Assembly: GCA_963765495.1 (NCBI GenBank)
Contig: CAVXWP010000001.1
Span: forward strand, 928,001 to 992,000
Reading direction: 5' to 3'
DNA length: 64,000 nucleotides
Origin: Blastocatellia bacterium
GTDB taxonomy: Bacteria > Acidobacteriota > Blastocatellia > UBA7656
The position numbers and the translations under genes were made by a program. A model generated the notes under the pieces. That model worked only from the letters and a program-made list of their open reading frames with translations. It had not been told where the DNA came from and did not search any database. Shown here one piece after another: positions 39,624-51,491 of this stretch. Position 1 is the first letter of the stretch; every line of letters starts with the position of its first letter.

Positions 39624-41117
39624 ATGTCAGGCATCACACAGGCGGTAAGCAGCGTATCAGGTCAAGATCCGGCTCGGAAAAAGATAAGGCTCGCGCTTTG
39701 CGCAGTCGGGCAGGGCATACGGACTTCTTTAAGAAATCTCATTATTTTAATCACGAGCGGCGGGCTCTTGTTTCAGGCGTTGCCTGCTCGCGCGCAAATG
39801 ACCGCTTCTGCACCGCCTGCCGCCGAGCCGGGTCAGAGCGCGGCGTTGACTTTGCCACTGGCTGTAGACATAGCCCTGCGGTCGAATCCTCTGGTGAGGG
39901 CTACGACTTCGGGGCGCGAGATGGCCGAGGCTCAGGCGAGCGAAGCCCGTGCCGGTCGCCTTCCATTCCTGCAATTCAACGAGACGTTTACACGGAGCAA
40001 CAATCCGGTCTTTGTCTTCGGGTCTCTGCTTGAGCAAGGCAGGTTCGGACCTGAAAATTTTGATCCCGGTCTCTTGAACAACCCCGACCCTCTGAACAAC
40101 TTTCGCTCGTCCATCACATTTCGCATGCCGGTATTCGATCAGCGGCAGAGCGAAACCAGAATCAATCAGGCCGAGATTGGCCGCAGTCTTGCCGACGCCG
40201 AGAAGCTTCTTATTGAGCAAAAGATCCGCTTTGAGGTTTTGCGAGCTTACTACGGCTTGATGGTCGCCCACGCGAAAAAGGATGTTGCCGATGAAGCGGT
40301 TAGATTGGCCGAGACCGATGTGAAACGCATAAACGACCTGTTCGATACAGGGATGGTAGTTGAGTCTGACCTGCTCGCGGTAGAGGTGCAGCTGGCCGAG
40401 TTTCGCCAGCAACAGATACAGGCCGAAGGCGATATCATCACGGCGCGGGCCACGCTAAACACCGCGCTTGGAATCTCGATTGACACTCCTCAAAAGATCG
40501 CGGGCGAACTGGTCGAAAAGACTTTTCAGACGGAGAGTCAGGAAGAACTGATCCGACTGGCTCTCAGGAACCGGCCTGAGTTTGCGCGTGCTCGACTCAG
40601 TGTAGAGGCGGCGCACGAGCGGGCTCGCGGCGCTCGCGGCGAGTTTCTTCCGCGAGTTGATGTGTTCGGTGGTTTCGGGGTGAGCAGCAAATCTCTTACA
40701 GGCGCGAGCAGCGATTACACATTCGGCACAAGCATTACCTTCAATATCCTCGATGCGGGTAGAAGCGCAAGGCTCAAGCAGGCGCAAGCCGCAGAGTCTA
40801 TGGCCGCTGCCGAAGAGGAGCATCTGGCCAACCAGATTCGACTGGAGGCCGTGCGCGCTTATCAGCAATACGTGTCGGCCCGCGAGCGGGTGAATGTAGC
40901 CGCCCGGGTAGTGGATCAGGCAAGGGAAGCGCTCAGGATTGTGCAGGACCGCTATCAGGCGGGCCTTACGACAATCACCGAAGTCCTGAGGGCCGAGACC
41001 ACTTTCGTGCGGGCGCGCACCATGCTGAGTGCCGCCCGCTACGATCACTATGTCGGATACGCTGCGGTATTGCTTGCGAGCGGAAGACTGACAGGTGTCG
41101 AGCCCTTTGTGTCATAG
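39624..41117 (+). CDS. TolC-family outer-membrane efflux protein
   Basis: Repeated coiled helices, LP.., RYQAGL..ITEVL.A; RND context. Confidence 0.88.
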   Translation: MSGITQAVSSVSGQDPARKKIRLALCAVGQGIRTSLRNLIILITSGGLLFQALPARAQMTASAPPAAEPGQSAALTLPLAVDIALRSNPLVRATTSGREMAEAQASEARAGRLPFLQFNETFTRSNNPVFVFGSLLEQGRFGPENFDPGLLNNPDPLNNFRSSITFRMPVFDQRQSETRINQAEIGRSLADAEKLLIEQKIRFEVLRAYYGLMVAHAKKDVADEAVRLAETDVKRINDLFDTGMVVESDLLAVEVQLAEFRQQQIQAEGDIITARATLNTALGISIDTPQKIAGELVEKTFQTESQEELIRLALRNRPEFARARLSVEAAHERARGARGEFLPRVDVFGGFGVSSKSLTGASSDYTFGTSITFNILDAGRSARLKQAQAAESMAAAEEEHLANQIRLEAVRAYQQYVSARERVNVAARVVDQAREALRIVQDRYQAGLTTITEVLRAETTFVRARTMLSAARYDHYVGYAAVLLASGRLTGVEPFVS

Positions 41118-41127
41118 GGAGGCAGAT

Positions 41128-42363
41128 ATGCGGACTATTTTTTCAAACATAAGAACAAGAGTGAAAGTGAAGGTGATATTGATCCCGGTCCTCACCGCTA
41201 TAATGGCGCTCAGTGTCGCGTGCGAGAGCAGGCAAGAGCCATCTGCCGACAAGGCTCCCGCAATCGCAGGCATCAAGGTTGAGCCGGTAACTCTGACTCC
41301 CGTAGACGATTATTACGAGGCGACAGGCACCATAAGATCAAAGACTTCAAGCGAGATTTCCAGCAGAGTGATGGGCAGCATCATTGCGCTGCACGTCCGC
41401 GAAGGCGACCGCGTGCGCCGGGGGCAGACTCTTATAGAGATTGACAACCGCGATGCCATGACTCAAATCAGCAAGGCCCGCGCGGGTCTCATCGAAGCTC
41501 AGGACGCGCTCGAAGAAATAGAGCGGTCTGCTCGCGCCGCCGAATCTGCCGTAGCGGCTGCCGAGGCGAATAAACGGCTTGCCGAGGCTACCTACAATCG
41601 CTACAAGACGCTCGCCGAACGCAGGTCTGTGAGCAGGCAGGAATTCGACGAGGCACAGGCAAAACACGAAGTAGCTCGGGCCGAACGAGAACGAGCCGAC
41701 CGCCTCCTTCAGATGGTCGCGGCCAGAAAGCAGCAGGCGCTTGCAAGGATAGATCAGGCCAGGGCAGACATCGCGGGCGCGCAACTTCTCGCAGGGTATG
41801 CGCGAATCACATCACCCATCAACGGGATAGTCACTGCTCGTCAGACAGACATAGGCCAGATTGCCGCGCCGGGCGCTCCGCTTCTCACCATCGAAGACGA
41901 CGCTTGCTACAGGCTCGAAGCTTCCGTAGAAGAATCGCAGATCAAGCTAACGAAGATCGGTGACCCGGTCTTTGTGAGCATCCAGGCGCTCGGAGATACG
42001 GAGCTTGCGGGCAGTGTCGCTGAGATCGTCCCGGCGGCGGATGTGGCCAGCCGGAGCTTTACTTTGAAAATAGACCTTCCCGTCGAGGGCGATAAATCGG
42101 GTCTGCGCTCGGGCATGTTTGGCAGGGCCAGATTCAGCCGGGGGCAGAAGCCATCCATAACCCTTCCGCTATCGGCTGTCAGCGTGCGCGGTCAACTCAC
42201 GAGCGTCTACGTGGTTGATGGCGGGGGCATCGCGCGTCTGCGTTTGATCAAAACCGGCAAGGCGTATGGCGACCGGGTGGAGGTGCTCTCGGGCTTGAAC
42301 GAAGGCGAACAGATAATCACAAGCGGAGCAGAGCAGGTGAGCGACGGCAGCCGGGCTCGATAG
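41128..42363 (+). CDS. RND efflux periplasmic adaptor (membrane fusion protein)
   Basis: VREGDRV..GQ.L, I.SPI.G.V, GMFGR, VEVLSGL..GE; lipobox VAC. Confidence 0.9.
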   Translation: MRTIFSNIRTRVKVKVILIPVLTAIMALSVACESRQEPSADKAPAIAGIKVEPVTLTPVDDYYEATGTIRSKTSSEISSRVMGSIIALHVREGDRVRRGQTLIEIDNRDAMTQISKARAGLIEAQDALEEIERSARAAESAVAAAEANKRLAEATYNRYKTLAERRSVSRQEFDEAQAKHEVARAERERADRLLQMVAARKQQALARIDQARADIAGAQLLAGYARITSPINGIVTARQTDIGQIAAPGAPLLTIEDDACYRLEASVEESQIKLTKIGDPVFVSIQALGDTELAGSVAEIVPAADVASRSFTLKIDLPVEGDKSGLRSGMFGRARFSRGQKPSITLPLSAVSVRGQLTSVYVVDGGGIARLRLIKTGKAYGDRVEVLSGLNEGEQIITSGAEQVSDGSRAR

Positions 42364-42399
42364 GTTGATTTGAAATCTGAAACCTGAAAACTCAAATCA

Positions 42400-45300
42400 A
42401 TGAGGATGAACGTCATGGAAGACAAATCGGGCATAGGGCATAGACAGGGGCTTGCGGGGAAACTGGCGCGGGCCTTTATTGATTCGAAGCTCACGCCGCT
42501 TGTTATTGTGGCAGCGATCCTGCTCGGATTGGGCGCGGTCGTTTTGCTCGCGCGCGAGGAAGAGCCGCAGATAATCGTTCCCATGATTGATGTCTTTGTT
42601 GAGATGCCCGGCGCTTCGGCTAAAGAGATCGAAGAGCGCGTGACTCGACCTATGGAAAAGCTTCTATGGGAAGTGCCCGGGGTCGAATATCTTTACTCGA
42701 CTTCATCACCCGGTTCATCGATGGTAGTGGTCCGGTTTTACGTAGGCCAGAAAGAAGAAGACGCCATAGTGCGGCTCAATCAGAAGATGTTTGCCAATTC
42801 TGACCTGATCCCATCGGGCGCGAGCGCTCCTTTGATCAAACCGCGTTCGATTGACGATGTACCGATACTGGCGCTCACACTCTCAAGCGACCGCTACGAT
42901 CATTTCACGCTCCGAAGGATTGCTTCTCAGATTCACGATCAGATAAAAGAGATCAAAGATGTTTCTGAGGTGCAAATAACAGGCGGGCAACAGAGGCAGA
43001 TTCGCGTGACGCTAGATGAAGCGCGCCTGGCCGCTTACAATCTGGCTCCCGCCGCGATCATACCTGTCATCGAACAATCGAACCGGCAAATGCAGTCGGG
43101 GAGTTTTGCTTCCGGCAATCGCGAATATCTGGTAGAGACTGGCGGCTTTCTGCACACGGTTGATGATGTAGGCAACGTGGTGGTTGGCGTTTTCGACAAC
43201 CGGCCCGTCTATCTTCGCGATGTCGCCGGCATGGAAGACGGGCCGGAAGAGCCTGCGGATTACGTGCTCTACGGCACAGGCCCTGCCGCTCGTCACGAGG
43301 CGAGTGTTTCTAGTTCGTCGCCTCTCCCGGCCGTCACCATATCGGTCGCAAAGCGCAAGGGAACCAACGCAATCGAGATAGCCGACAAGGTCCTGGAAAA
43401 AGTTGATGGGCTAAAAGGCGCGTTCATCCCCAGAGATGTCAACGTCGCCGTAACGCGTAACTACGGCGAAACCGCAAGCGAGAAATCAAACGAATTGCTT
43501 TTGCATATGCTGATAGCCATCGCTTCGGTGTCGCTGCTTGTATGGATCGTGCTGGGTTTCAGAGAGTCGGGCGTAGTGGCGACGGCTATTCCGGTGACTC
43601 TGGCGCTTACGCTTGCGGTCTTCTATTTTTACGGCTATACGTTGAATCGAATCACTCTGTTTGCCTTGATCTTTTCGATAGGCATCCTGGTTGATGATGC
43701 CATAGTCGTGGTCGAAAACATCACGCGGCACTACAGGCTGCCGAAAAATCACGGGCGCTCGATCAAAGAGATAGCCATAGAGGCTGTGGATGAAGTGGGC
43801 AACCCGACCATCCTGGCTACGTTCGCCGTGATTGCCGCCATCATTCCTATGGCTTTCGTAAGCGGGTTGATGGGGCCTTACATGCGGCCTATCCCGGTGG
43901 GCGCGTCGGCTGCGATGGTCTTCTCACTGCTTGTTGCCTTCATGGTCACGCCGTGGGCGAGCCTCCGCCTGCTCAAACGAGAAGGCGGCCCTCACGATTC
44001 GGCAGATGGTCGCGCGACACGCCTTTATCGCCGCCTGATGGGGAGCCTGATTCGCCAGCCGCGCAGTCGCGCTCTGTTTCTTTCGGGTGTCGTAGTGCTG
44101 CTTTTTGCCTCGATGTCGCTTGTGGCCTTCAAGCTGGTCAAGGTGAAGATGTTGCCCTTCGACAACAAGAGCGAATTCCAGGTAATCATTGACATGCCCG
44201 AAGGCTCGACGCTTGAACAGACAGCGGCGGTGACGCGCGAGATCGGCAATTACATCTCAACCGTGCCGGAAGTGACCGACTATCAGATGTATGTGGGAAC
44301 GGCCTCACCTTATAACTTCAACGGGCTGGTGCGCCATTACTTCCTCAGACGAGGCCCGAACCTCTCCGACATTCAGGTGAATCTGGCTCCCAAATCAATG
44401 CGCAACGCACAGAGCCACGACATCGCCAAACGAGTGCGACCGATGATTGACCGTATAGCCGCTCCTTACGGCGCTCGCGTCAAGGTGGCCGAAGTCCCGC
44501 CCGGGCCTCCGGTTCTTCAAACTCTCGTAGCCGAAATCTATGGCCCTGATTATCAGAGACAGATGGATGTGGCCCGCCAGATACGCGATATATTCGACCG
44601 GACGGATGGCGTGGTTGATGTGGATTCTTATGTCGAGGATGATCAGCTTAAATACAGCTTTGAGGTGGACAAAGAGAAGGCCGCGCTTGGCGGCGTTTCG
44701 GCCGAGCAAGTGGCCTCTACGCTTAGAATCGCGCTCACCGGAGTGAAAGCGGGTCTGCTGCATCAGCCTCAAGAGAAAGAAGACGTACCCATAAGCCTGA
44801 GGCTCGCGCGGGCAGAGCGGTCGAGTATAGAAGACCTTAAGCAGATAAAGGTCCAGGGGCAACGCGGCAATCTGATACCGCTCAGCGAGCTTGTGCGTGT
44901 TCGCGAGCAGACCTCCGACAAGAGCATTTATCATAAGAATCTTATGCCGGTGGTTTATGTTACGGGCGACGTGGCTGGCAGCGCGGAAAGCCCCGTCTAT
45001 GCGATCCTCAGGCTGAATGAGGCTATAGAGAAGTTAAAGCTGCCCGAAGGCTATGCGCTTGAGCGATACGTAGCAAACCAGCCTTTTACATCCCAAAAGC
45101 TCGCGATGAAGTGGGACGGCGAGTGGCACATTACTTATGAGGTGTTCCGCGACCTCGGGCTTGCATTCGCCACGGTGCTGGTCCTGATATACATACTGGT
45201 AGTCGGCTGGTTCCAGTCCTTCAAGACACCGCTTGCGATCATGGCGGCGATACCTTTTTCGCTTGTAGGGATACTGCCCGCGCACGGTTTGATGGGTGCC

Positions 45301-45678
45301 TTCTTCACAGCCACTTCTATGATCGGGTTTATCGCGGGCGCAGGTATAGTGGTGCGCAATTCGATCATACTCGTAGATTTTATAGAGCTGCGACTCAATC
45401 AAGGCATGCCTCTGGCAGAGGCGGTAATTGACGCAGGCGCTGTGCGCTTTCGCCCGATGATGCTGACGGCAGCCGCGGTGATCGCAGGCTCGGCTGTGAT
45501 ACTGTTCGACCCGATCTTTCAAGGGCTTGCAATTTCGCTTATGGCCGGTGAGATCGCTTCGCTCATGCTGTCACGCATGACGGTGCCTGTGCTCTACTAT
45601 CTGAGCGAGCGAAAAAGGCTGGAACTGCCCGCGACCCCGCCTGCGGTGACAAAAGAAAGTCAAGCGGTTGGCGGTTGA
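42400..45678 (+). CDS. RND efflux permease (AcrB/CusA superfamily)
   Basis: [40 protein letters not shown]. Confidence 0.93.
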   Translation: MRMNVMEDKSGIGHRQGLAGKLARAFIDSKLTPLVIVAAILLGLGAVVLLAREEEPQIIVPMIDVFVEMPGASAKEIEERVTRPMEKLLWEVPGVEYLYSTSSPGSSMVVVRFYVGQKEEDAIVRLNQKMFANSDLIPSGASAPLIKPRSIDDVPILALTLSSDRYDHFTLRRIASQIHDQIKEIKDVSEVQITGGQQRQIRVTLDEARLAAYNLAPAAIIPVIEQSNRQMQSGSFASGNREYLVETGGFLHTVDDVGNVVVGVFDNRPVYLRDVAGMEDGPEEPADYVLYGTGPAARHEASVSSSSPLPAVTISVAKRKGTNAIEIADKVLEKVDGLKGAFIPRDVNVAVTRNYGETASEKSNELLLHMLIAIASVSLLVWIVLGFRESGVVATAIPVTLALTLAVFYFYGYTLNRITLFALIFSIGILVDDAIVVVENITRHYRLPKNHGRSIKEIAIEAVDEVGNPTILATFAVIAAIIPMAFVSGLMGPYMRPIPVGASAAMVFSLLVAFMVTPWASLRLLKREGGPHDSADGRATRLYRRLMGSLIRQPRSRALFLSGVVVLLFASMSLVAFKLVKVKMLPFDNKSEFQVIIDMPEGSTLEQTAAVTREIGNYISTVPEVTDYQMYVGTASPYNFNGLVRHYFLRRGPNLSDIQVNLAPKSMRNAQSHDIAKRVRPMIDRIAAPYGARVKVAEVPPGPPVLQTLVAEIYGPDYQRQMDVARQIRDIFDRTDGVVDVDSYVEDDQLKYSFEVDKEKAALGGVSAEQVASTLRIALTGVKAGLLHQPQEKEDVPISLRLARAERSSIEDLKQIKVQGQRGNLIPLSELVRVREQTSDKSIYHKNLMPVVYVTGDVAGSAESPVYAILRLNEAIEKLKLPEGYALERYVANQPFTSQKLAMKWDGEWHITYEVFRDLGLAFATVLVLIYILVVGWFQSFKTPLAIMAAIPFSLVGILPAHGLMGAFFTATSMIGFIAGAGIVVRNSIILVDFIELRLNQGMPLAEAVIDAGAVRFRPMMLTAAAVIAGSAVILFDPIFQGLAISLMAGEIASLMLSRMTVPVLYYLSERKRLELPATPPAVTKESQAVGG

Positions 45679-45680
45679 TA

Positions 45681-45969
45681 ACAGTAAGCAGTAGGCAGTT
45701 GAGTAAAGACAATCATTGGTCAAAAGGCAACTGCATAATTGGAGAAGTAAGAATAGGCCGGGACGGGCGCGGATCGGGCGGATTTACACGGATTAGATCA
45801 TAAAGAGTCAGATCCGCGTATATCCGCCGCATCCGCGTCATCCGCGGTCTATTTCGAGTGTTCTAACCTGCGTGTTGAAAATCTTTATGATTCTACGAAT
45901 TCGACTGAAAAGATTCGGTATTACACGGATTGGCTCATGGTTTCAAAATAACTGCCTACTGCTTACTGT
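45681..45969. repeat. Composite element: family C arms enclosing a full family B palindrome
   Basis: cagtaagcagtaggcagtt ... aataggccgggacgggcgcggat / atccgcgtcatccgcggtctatt ... aactgcctactgcttactg. Confidence 0.8.
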
Positions 45970-47240
45970 TGTGAAGCAATTTGTGCCGTCTTTAGTTTAT
46001 CGAGTGCGCGCAATGTCTCTTGCCAGTCGTCTTTGTCCTTTCTGGTCGTAATGGGCGCGCTCGGGTTCCCGAAAAAGCTCAGTATGTTTTCGCGCAGTTC
46101 GGGCGTGAGGCCCTCGAATTCGTTGTCTGCGAGTTTTCTGACAAGCTCGGAATATGTATCGTCGGCCAGTTTGTATTCGCCCGCTCGCGTAGGTTCTCCC
46201 GTATCAAAATCCATATTCTTCAGATCGAGGCGGCCTTGCTTCACCGAGTCGAGCGCGGCGCGGTAACGTTCGAGCGTCAGGTTGAAGCTCTTCATAAACA
46301 TCTTTTCTGTTTCGGGTGTCGGCGGTTTGAAGGCGATGGCTTTGAACGGGCCTATCTTGGGCATTATGCGAAAGACGAAAGCCGTAGCCTTGGCAAAGAC
46401 GCCCGGCTTTTCGTATTCGTCGCCCCACTCTTTTTCGTAGCTTGCGCGAGAGAGGTTATAGAGGAATTTTTCGCGCGTGATGCCGGGATTCGATTTTACT
46501 ATCTCGTCTTTTTTCAACTCCCACGCTATGCGGGTCGCCTCTGGAATCAGCGTGCTCACAGCGCGGCGATACGATCCGATAGCGATGTCTACGCTTGTGA
46601 ATACCTCTTTCATCTCCAGGCCGTAGGTCTTTTTGAAGGCGCGTTCCAGCACCGGTTTTGAGACCTTAAACCCTATGAAATCGTGATAGGCTTCCGGGGC
46701 GTAACGTCCCTGGGCCACCTGCAATACGTCAAACCCAAATTCGACTTTGATGTGCGCCGACGGGTCGTTCTCGTAGGTCACTTCGCTGCCGTACTCACGC
46801 CGCAGCTTGGGATAGGCCACCGGAACCGCGCGGTTCACGGCTACCGGGTGGCCGCTGTTGTCAGCCATGTAGTGCGCGAGCGCGCCAAGCGCAAATGCGT
46901 ATTCGTTGAGGTCTTCGGATTCGTCCAGCAGGTTTTCCACGAAATCGCCGCTCCGCACATAATGCGCGAGATCGGTAAAGAACTTGCTCCCAAACGGATA
47001 ATATCCCATGTCTTGAATGATCGCCCCGCCGTAGGCATAGGCGTGCGCCTCGCGTAATTGCTCTTTGGTTGCGCTCGGGAAACGTTTCAGCAGGAGCGGC
47101 TCTAATGATTTCTCCCAGACGGTATCGATTATTGCCTGATGAGTCAGAACGGAATATCCGAACGATGTTTGAGATATGAGAAAAACGAGCGCGAGCGTTG
47201 TGAGCACCTGCGCAGCCTTGCGGACGGGAAAGCTTATCAT
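45963..47240 (-). CDS. Zinc-dependent phospholipase C/P1-nuclease-like family protein, exported
   Basis: Signal peptide then YSVLTH; QDMGYYP, HY.RSGDF, AHY.AD..GH, H..VEFGFD. Confidence 0.75.
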   Translation of the reverse strand: MISFPVRKAAQVLTTLALVFLISQTSFGYSVLTHQAIIDTVWEKSLEPLLLKRFPSATKEQLREAHAYAYGGAIIQDMGYYPFGSKFFTDLAHYVRSGDFVENLLDESEDLNEYAFALGALAHYMADNSGHPVAVNRAVPVAYPKLRREYGSEVTYENDPSAHIKVEFGFDVLQVAQGRYAPEAYHDFIGFKVSKPVLERAFKKTYGLEMKEVFTSVDIAIGSYRRAVSTLIPEATRIAWELKKDEIVKSNPGITREKFLYNLSRASYEKEWGDEYEKPGVFAKATAFVFRIMPKIGPFKAIAFKPPTPETEKMFMKSFNLTLERYRAALDSVKQGRLDLKNMDFDTGEPTRAGEYKLADDTYSELVRKLADNEFEGLTPELRENILSFFGNPSAPITTRKDKDDWQETLRALDKLKTAQIASQQ

Positions 47241-47474
47241 CGAAACCCCTCAATCAAATAGATGTACTGATAAAGATCGAGCGACCGGCATTCGCGTACA
47301 AAAAGCGAACGTAAAACCCTCTCTCTTCGGTCCGATTAGTCATATAAGCAATCTCGATGCCTTGCTGCAAAGTATCGAAATCAGGACAATCGCTCAGATG
47401 AAATAGTGGGTCTGATGAAGTGCGATTCGGCAAGGACTTTTGATTCGAGTCTATTTGTCTTTTACTTTGAAATC

Positions 47475-49145
47475 TCAACGGTAACGGTAAAGCTTGATCC
47501 GTTGGATGCCGAATCTGCCCGGCACCAACCGCAGATGTCGGCCTTGATGTGTTTGATCTCCGTTTAGCCAGCGGCCCGGAAGCCATTGACCATTTTCATA
47601 TTTACCTTCCTGGGCTGAAAGTATGCCCACAATTTGATCATCCGATGTATCAGCCTCAAAGGTGACTGTTATGCCGATACCGGCAAAGACGAATTCATCC
47701 GGGCCAGTCGCAATCACAAGTCCCCCGGAGATCACATTCGGCGGTTGTAGATTTTGTGCGCCAGGCGATGGTGTAGGACGCTCGTAGGTTATGTTTAATC
47801 TGTAGTCACCCAACCGCACCTGTTGCGGCAATCGTTGCTCAACACCCCCGGGCAGCAAGCCTGCCATCAACCCCTTTCCCTGATATTCGAGAATTAACGG
47901 GGCCAGTTGCTGTAACAGGTCATAACTATCTGTAAGTGACTTGCTCGTCACCTCATCCAAAGACTCGATACTGAATGGGCTAAAACCAATCGCGTCGTGC
48001 TGACCTATAGCATATAAGGCATTGACCGCGTCGGGTGGGCCGGGCATGGCTTCTGGAATAAACAACGGATTGCCTGATCTGTGATACTTCCGAGCCCATT
48101 CGGCAAAGTTCGGGAAGTAAATGTCTGGTGAGAAAAAATCAATCGTTGGAGCGCCGGCTCGCCAGATGTCCATGATGTGAGGCAGCGGCCCTGCGCTTGG
48201 GTATTGACCGGGCTGGTAGCCTGGGCGGATCAGCGCCGCGTTGACAAACATGGGCAGCGAGTACTGGGCTTTACCGAGTTCGGCAACTCGATTTACGTAC
48301 CTCGCAAAGTGCCAGGCCATGAAAATTTCATCTGTTTCCTGCCCCTTGCCAAAGACTTCCTCCCAGGTGCCCCGAGTCTTAAAACCGTTTGCAGCCCATA
48401 CGGCCCGGAATTCGGCAATAAGGTTATCCTTGCGTTGCTGCAAATAGTTTATCAACTCGACGGGTACCGGCTGATTGAAAAGCTTGTCCGCGATGGCGCT
48501 GCGGTCACGTGAATCCGGGATCATTCCGATCTCGTTTTCCACTTGCACCATGATGACCGTGTGATCGTTGCCGTCCACTTCGCGCAAATGGCGCATGAAG
48601 GCCGCGAATGCGTGTGAGTCGGCATCGAGATTTTCTTTGCTAAAGGGTGAAAGTATCTCGATGCCCTTCCCGGCTTTGTCTTGCGAGCGAGGGAAGCGCT
48701 GTTGATCCGTCTTTACCCAGGCCGGGGCATAGCACGACTGGCTGTTCTTCCAGGACGCAAACCACAACGGCACGAGACGTAGCTTCTGTTTACGAGCTTC
48801 CTGGATCAAGCCATCCACCAGAGTAAAGTCGAATCTTCCTTCGACGGGTTCTATAAGCTCCCAATAGACGGGGATAAGGACCGTATTGAGATTTAGCGAG
48901 GCAAGCCGCGGCCAGAGGGGACGCATGTATTCCAGGCTTGAGGACGTGGAGTTACCCAGTTCGCCCGCAAGAACGAGAAAGGGCTTATCGTCAACGACCA
49001 GTTGTGTAGCAGTTCCCTGCCGACGAAGGTATGGGGCTCGATATTGCTGCGCGCCACGAATGGGCATAGAGCATGTTAATAAGATGGCACCTGCGATAAC
49101 GAGAGTCACAACTCTCTGTTTGGGCGAGAGCCCGTAAATCTTCAT
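47475..49145 (-). CDS. GH35-like beta-galactosidase with DUF5597 domain
   Basis: GEL.NS, WELIEP.EG.FDF, WKNS.S.YAP.W, VQVENE, RWLNGD; start uncertain (49145 or 49211). Confidence 0.8.
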   Translation of the reverse strand: MKIYGLSPKQRVVTLVIAGAILLTCSMPIRGAQQYRAPYLRRQGTATQLVVDDKPFLVLAGELGNSTSSSLEYMRPLWPRLASLNLNTVLIPVYWELIEPVEGRFDFTLVDGLIQEARKQKLRLVPLWFASWKNSQSCYAPAWVKTDQQRFPRSQDKAGKGIEILSPFSKENLDADSHAFAAFMRHLREVDGNDHTVIMVQVENEIGMIPDSRDRSAIADKLFNQPVPVELINYLQQRKDNLIAEFRAVWAANGFKTRGTWEEVFGKGQETDEIFMAWHFARYVNRVAELGKAQYSLPMFVNAALIRPGYQPGQYPSAGPLPHIMDIWRAGAPTIDFFSPDIYFPNFAEWARKYHRSGNPLFIPEAMPGPPDAVNALYAIGQHDAIGFSPFSIESLDEVTSKSLTDSYDLLQQLAPLILEYQGKGLMAGLLPGGVEQRLPQQVRLGDYRLNITYERPTPSPGAQNLQPPNVISGGLVIATGPDEFVFAGIGITVTFEADTSDDQIVGILSAQEGKYENGQWLPGRWLNGDQTHQGRHLRLVPGRFGIQRIKLYRYR

Positions 49146-49325
49146 GGTTAAGTGAGTCCGGCGAACTATCTTTCGCGAGATCAATATTGCCCTATCAAAC
49201 ATTGACGGCATTTCTTACTCCGGGAGTGAGCTATTTCGGTTACGGTGATCACCGGTCGTCAGCACATCACGGCCCGGCGATGAGACCTTCGCAGTTGGAG
49301 TTCTCAACCTTTATGTCCGAACCTA

Positions 49326-51491
49326 TTACTGGTGCGAATTGGCGGGAATCTTTCTGGCGCTCGGGTCTCCGGTGGGGGGCGGCGCATTATCTTCTTTCGC
49401 GGGCGGCCCAAGCACCTCGGTGAAGATCGGTTTCAGGGCGTCCGCCCACACCTGATAACCTTTAAGGTCCAGATGCAGCTCGTCACGATTGGCCATGCCC
49501 TCAAACAACTTGCCGTCTTTGTCGGCCAGTTTATCATTAATGTTCAGATACCTGATCTTTTTTCCGTCGGCGAATCTCTCAATGTTCTGATTGATCTGGT
49601 TTATGATCGGCATCACGTCCATGTTGTCGTTGCGTGGCGTTATGCCCATTAGCACAATCGTGGCACGGGGCGCTTTCTGACGGCAGACGTCTAAAATGGC
49701 CTTGATCCCGATGGTGACCTCCGCAACTCTCGGGTCTTCGCTACCTACGGGAGACAGCTTGCCGATATTGTTAGTGCCAGCCATTATGACGATGATTTTC
49801 GGATTGACGTTATCGAGCTCTCCGTTCTCGAGCCGCCAGAGAATGTTTTGAGTCGTGTCGCCACCCCAGCCGAAGTCGGCCGCATTCCAGCCAAAGAAAT
49901 TCTGCCGCCAGTTCGCCAGAAGAGCTTTGTATTGCTCGTCACTGGAGCCCCAGCGTCTGGTGATCGAATCTCCTTCAAAATAGAGATCAATGCGCCCCTT
50001 CCGGGCTTTTTCGAGCAACTCGGCATGGGCGATCTGAGAGTTCTGATCGGTACGGGGCGCCGGCTGGTCGGCGGATGACGCGTCGGCCTGGCCACCTGGG
50101 GCTTTGATGAATTGACCGGCCCATTCGATAAACGCCGGCCAGTTTTCGGCGACGCTGTGACCGCCGTTGTGTTGCCTCCAGGCGAGTTCTCCACCGATCA
50201 ATTGACCGACCGGCGGCATCGGGTCCGTCAGATAGTTGCCGGGAGTGCCCAGACCTCTCTTGCCCAACAGCTTGTAGGCTGGCCCCGCCGCCACCGCTGC
50301 CATGAAACTGCCGTGTGCATCCACCCATTTGGCATCGCCCTTCTCGACCACTCCATAACTGATAAAGCAGGGCCGTGGGGCGCACAGGGCGATCAGTTCA
50401 TGTGAATCAACCGGCAGGTCGCCTGCGGTTTTGGGTCCAAAGACCGCTTCCGAAGCGCCGTACTTCATGAAATTGCCTGCCATCCAGTAGTATTCCCCGC
50501 CGGTCAGATTCTCCACCGTCTCACCAAAGATGTGGCGGTGGAGTTTCGCGCCGCCTTCACCGGAGGAGCCGATAAAGCCAATGGCAATTCTAGGTTCAAA
50601 AGCCTCGGTCACCAGAGCGGCTTTGCCATAGCGAGAAAGACCTTCGATCCCAACCTGTTTGGCGTCGACTGCTTTGTCGGTCTCAAAATAATCGAGCAAG
50701 CGGCTGACGCCCCACTGCCAGGCCCGCAATGCGCCCCAGTCTTCTGGCTTGCGCGGCTGTCCCTTGTTGGTGAGGCCGATGATTCCTGAAGTCAGCGTCG
50801 GCCCATCGGCCTGAATACTCGTTGGGCTGATGCTGCCATAGCCCCAGCCTTTGGCAATGAGCTCCTGTTGCCATGCCGGTGGAGACGGCCCTCTTCTGAA
50901 TCCCCAATCAAACTCCACCATCACGGGGACCGGGCCCGTGGCATCGGCTGGCGTAGTCACGCTCGCCTGGATCTCTACGCTAATCAGCGGGTAAGAGGAA
51001 TTATCCACATGCCCGACCAGCATCTTTGTGATCGCCGAGATGCCGCCGATGTTGCCGGTACTCGTATTGGTCACTTCCCAGTTCACCTTCGGAACGTTCT
51101 TTGGGATACGGCCATACACTTCCCGCTCAAAATCTTCCTGGATTTCGGCCCGCCGCGTCGCCCATTGTTTTGCCTTGGTCACCTTCGTGCCGTTCTTCAT
51201 GACCATCAACTCCGGCAAGGGGTATTTATTGGCCGTGGCCTCATCAAACGTGCTCTGATCGTTTGGGTTCGCGCCGGGGCGCAGGGCCTTGATGCCGAGT
51301 TGATCCATCATGTTTTGATGGTCTCCGTCCCCGGTGAATTTCACCTGCGGAGGAAACCTGCTCGTGTCGGACTGCGCGGCCATCGCCGCCAGATTAGCTG
51401 TCAGGATTAACGGCATAATAGAGACCATCGACAAGACGGCGGTGACGGATGCGGCCAACCATCGAACTCTACGATTGAAATGTATGGGCAT
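49326..51491 (-). CDS. CE15 glucuronoyl-esterase-like domain fused to a GDSL/SGNH esterase
   Basis: WGALRAW.WG.SR, GLSRYGK nucleophile motif, H.LIALCAPRP; C-terminal GDSIT, GTNN, DELH. Confidence 0.8.
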   Translation of the reverse strand: MPIHFNRRVRWLAASVTAVLSMVSIMPLILTANLAAMAAQSDTSRFPPQVKFTGDGDHQNMMDQLGIKALRPGANPNDQSTFDEATANKYPLPELMVMKNGTKVTKAKQWATRRAEIQEDFEREVYGRIPKNVPKVNWEVTNTSTGNIGGISAITKMLVGHVDNSSYPLISVEIQASVTTPADATGPVPVMVEFDWGFRRGPSPPAWQQELIAKGWGYGSISPTSIQADGPTLTSGIIGLTNKGQPRKPEDWGALRAWQWGVSRLLDYFETDKAVDAKQVGIEGLSRYGKAALVTEAFEPRIAIGFIGSSGEGGAKLHRHIFGETVENLTGGEYYWMAGNFMKYGASEAVFGPKTAGDLPVDSHELIALCAPRPCFISYGVVEKGDAKWVDAHGSFMAAVAAGPAYKLLGKRGLGTPGNYLTDPMPPVGQLIGGELAWRQHNGGHSVAENWPAFIEWAGQFIKAPGGQADASSADQPAPRTDQNSQIAHAELLEKARKGRIDLYFEGDSITRRWGSSDEQYKALLANWRQNFFGWNAADFGWGGDTTQNILWRLENGELDNVNPKIIVIMAGTNNIGKLSPVGSEDPRVAEVTIGIKAILDVCRQKAPRATIVLMGITPRNDNMDVMPIINQINQNIERFADGKKIRYLNINDKLADKDGKLFEGMANRDELHLDLKGYQVWADALKPIFTEVLGPPAKEDNAPPPTGDPSARKIPANSHQ

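Noticed and set aside
47254-47586. 110-aa ORF between the PLC-like and GH35-like genes
   Set aside because: It overlaps the GH35 3' end in another frame and has no motifs; probably intergenic.
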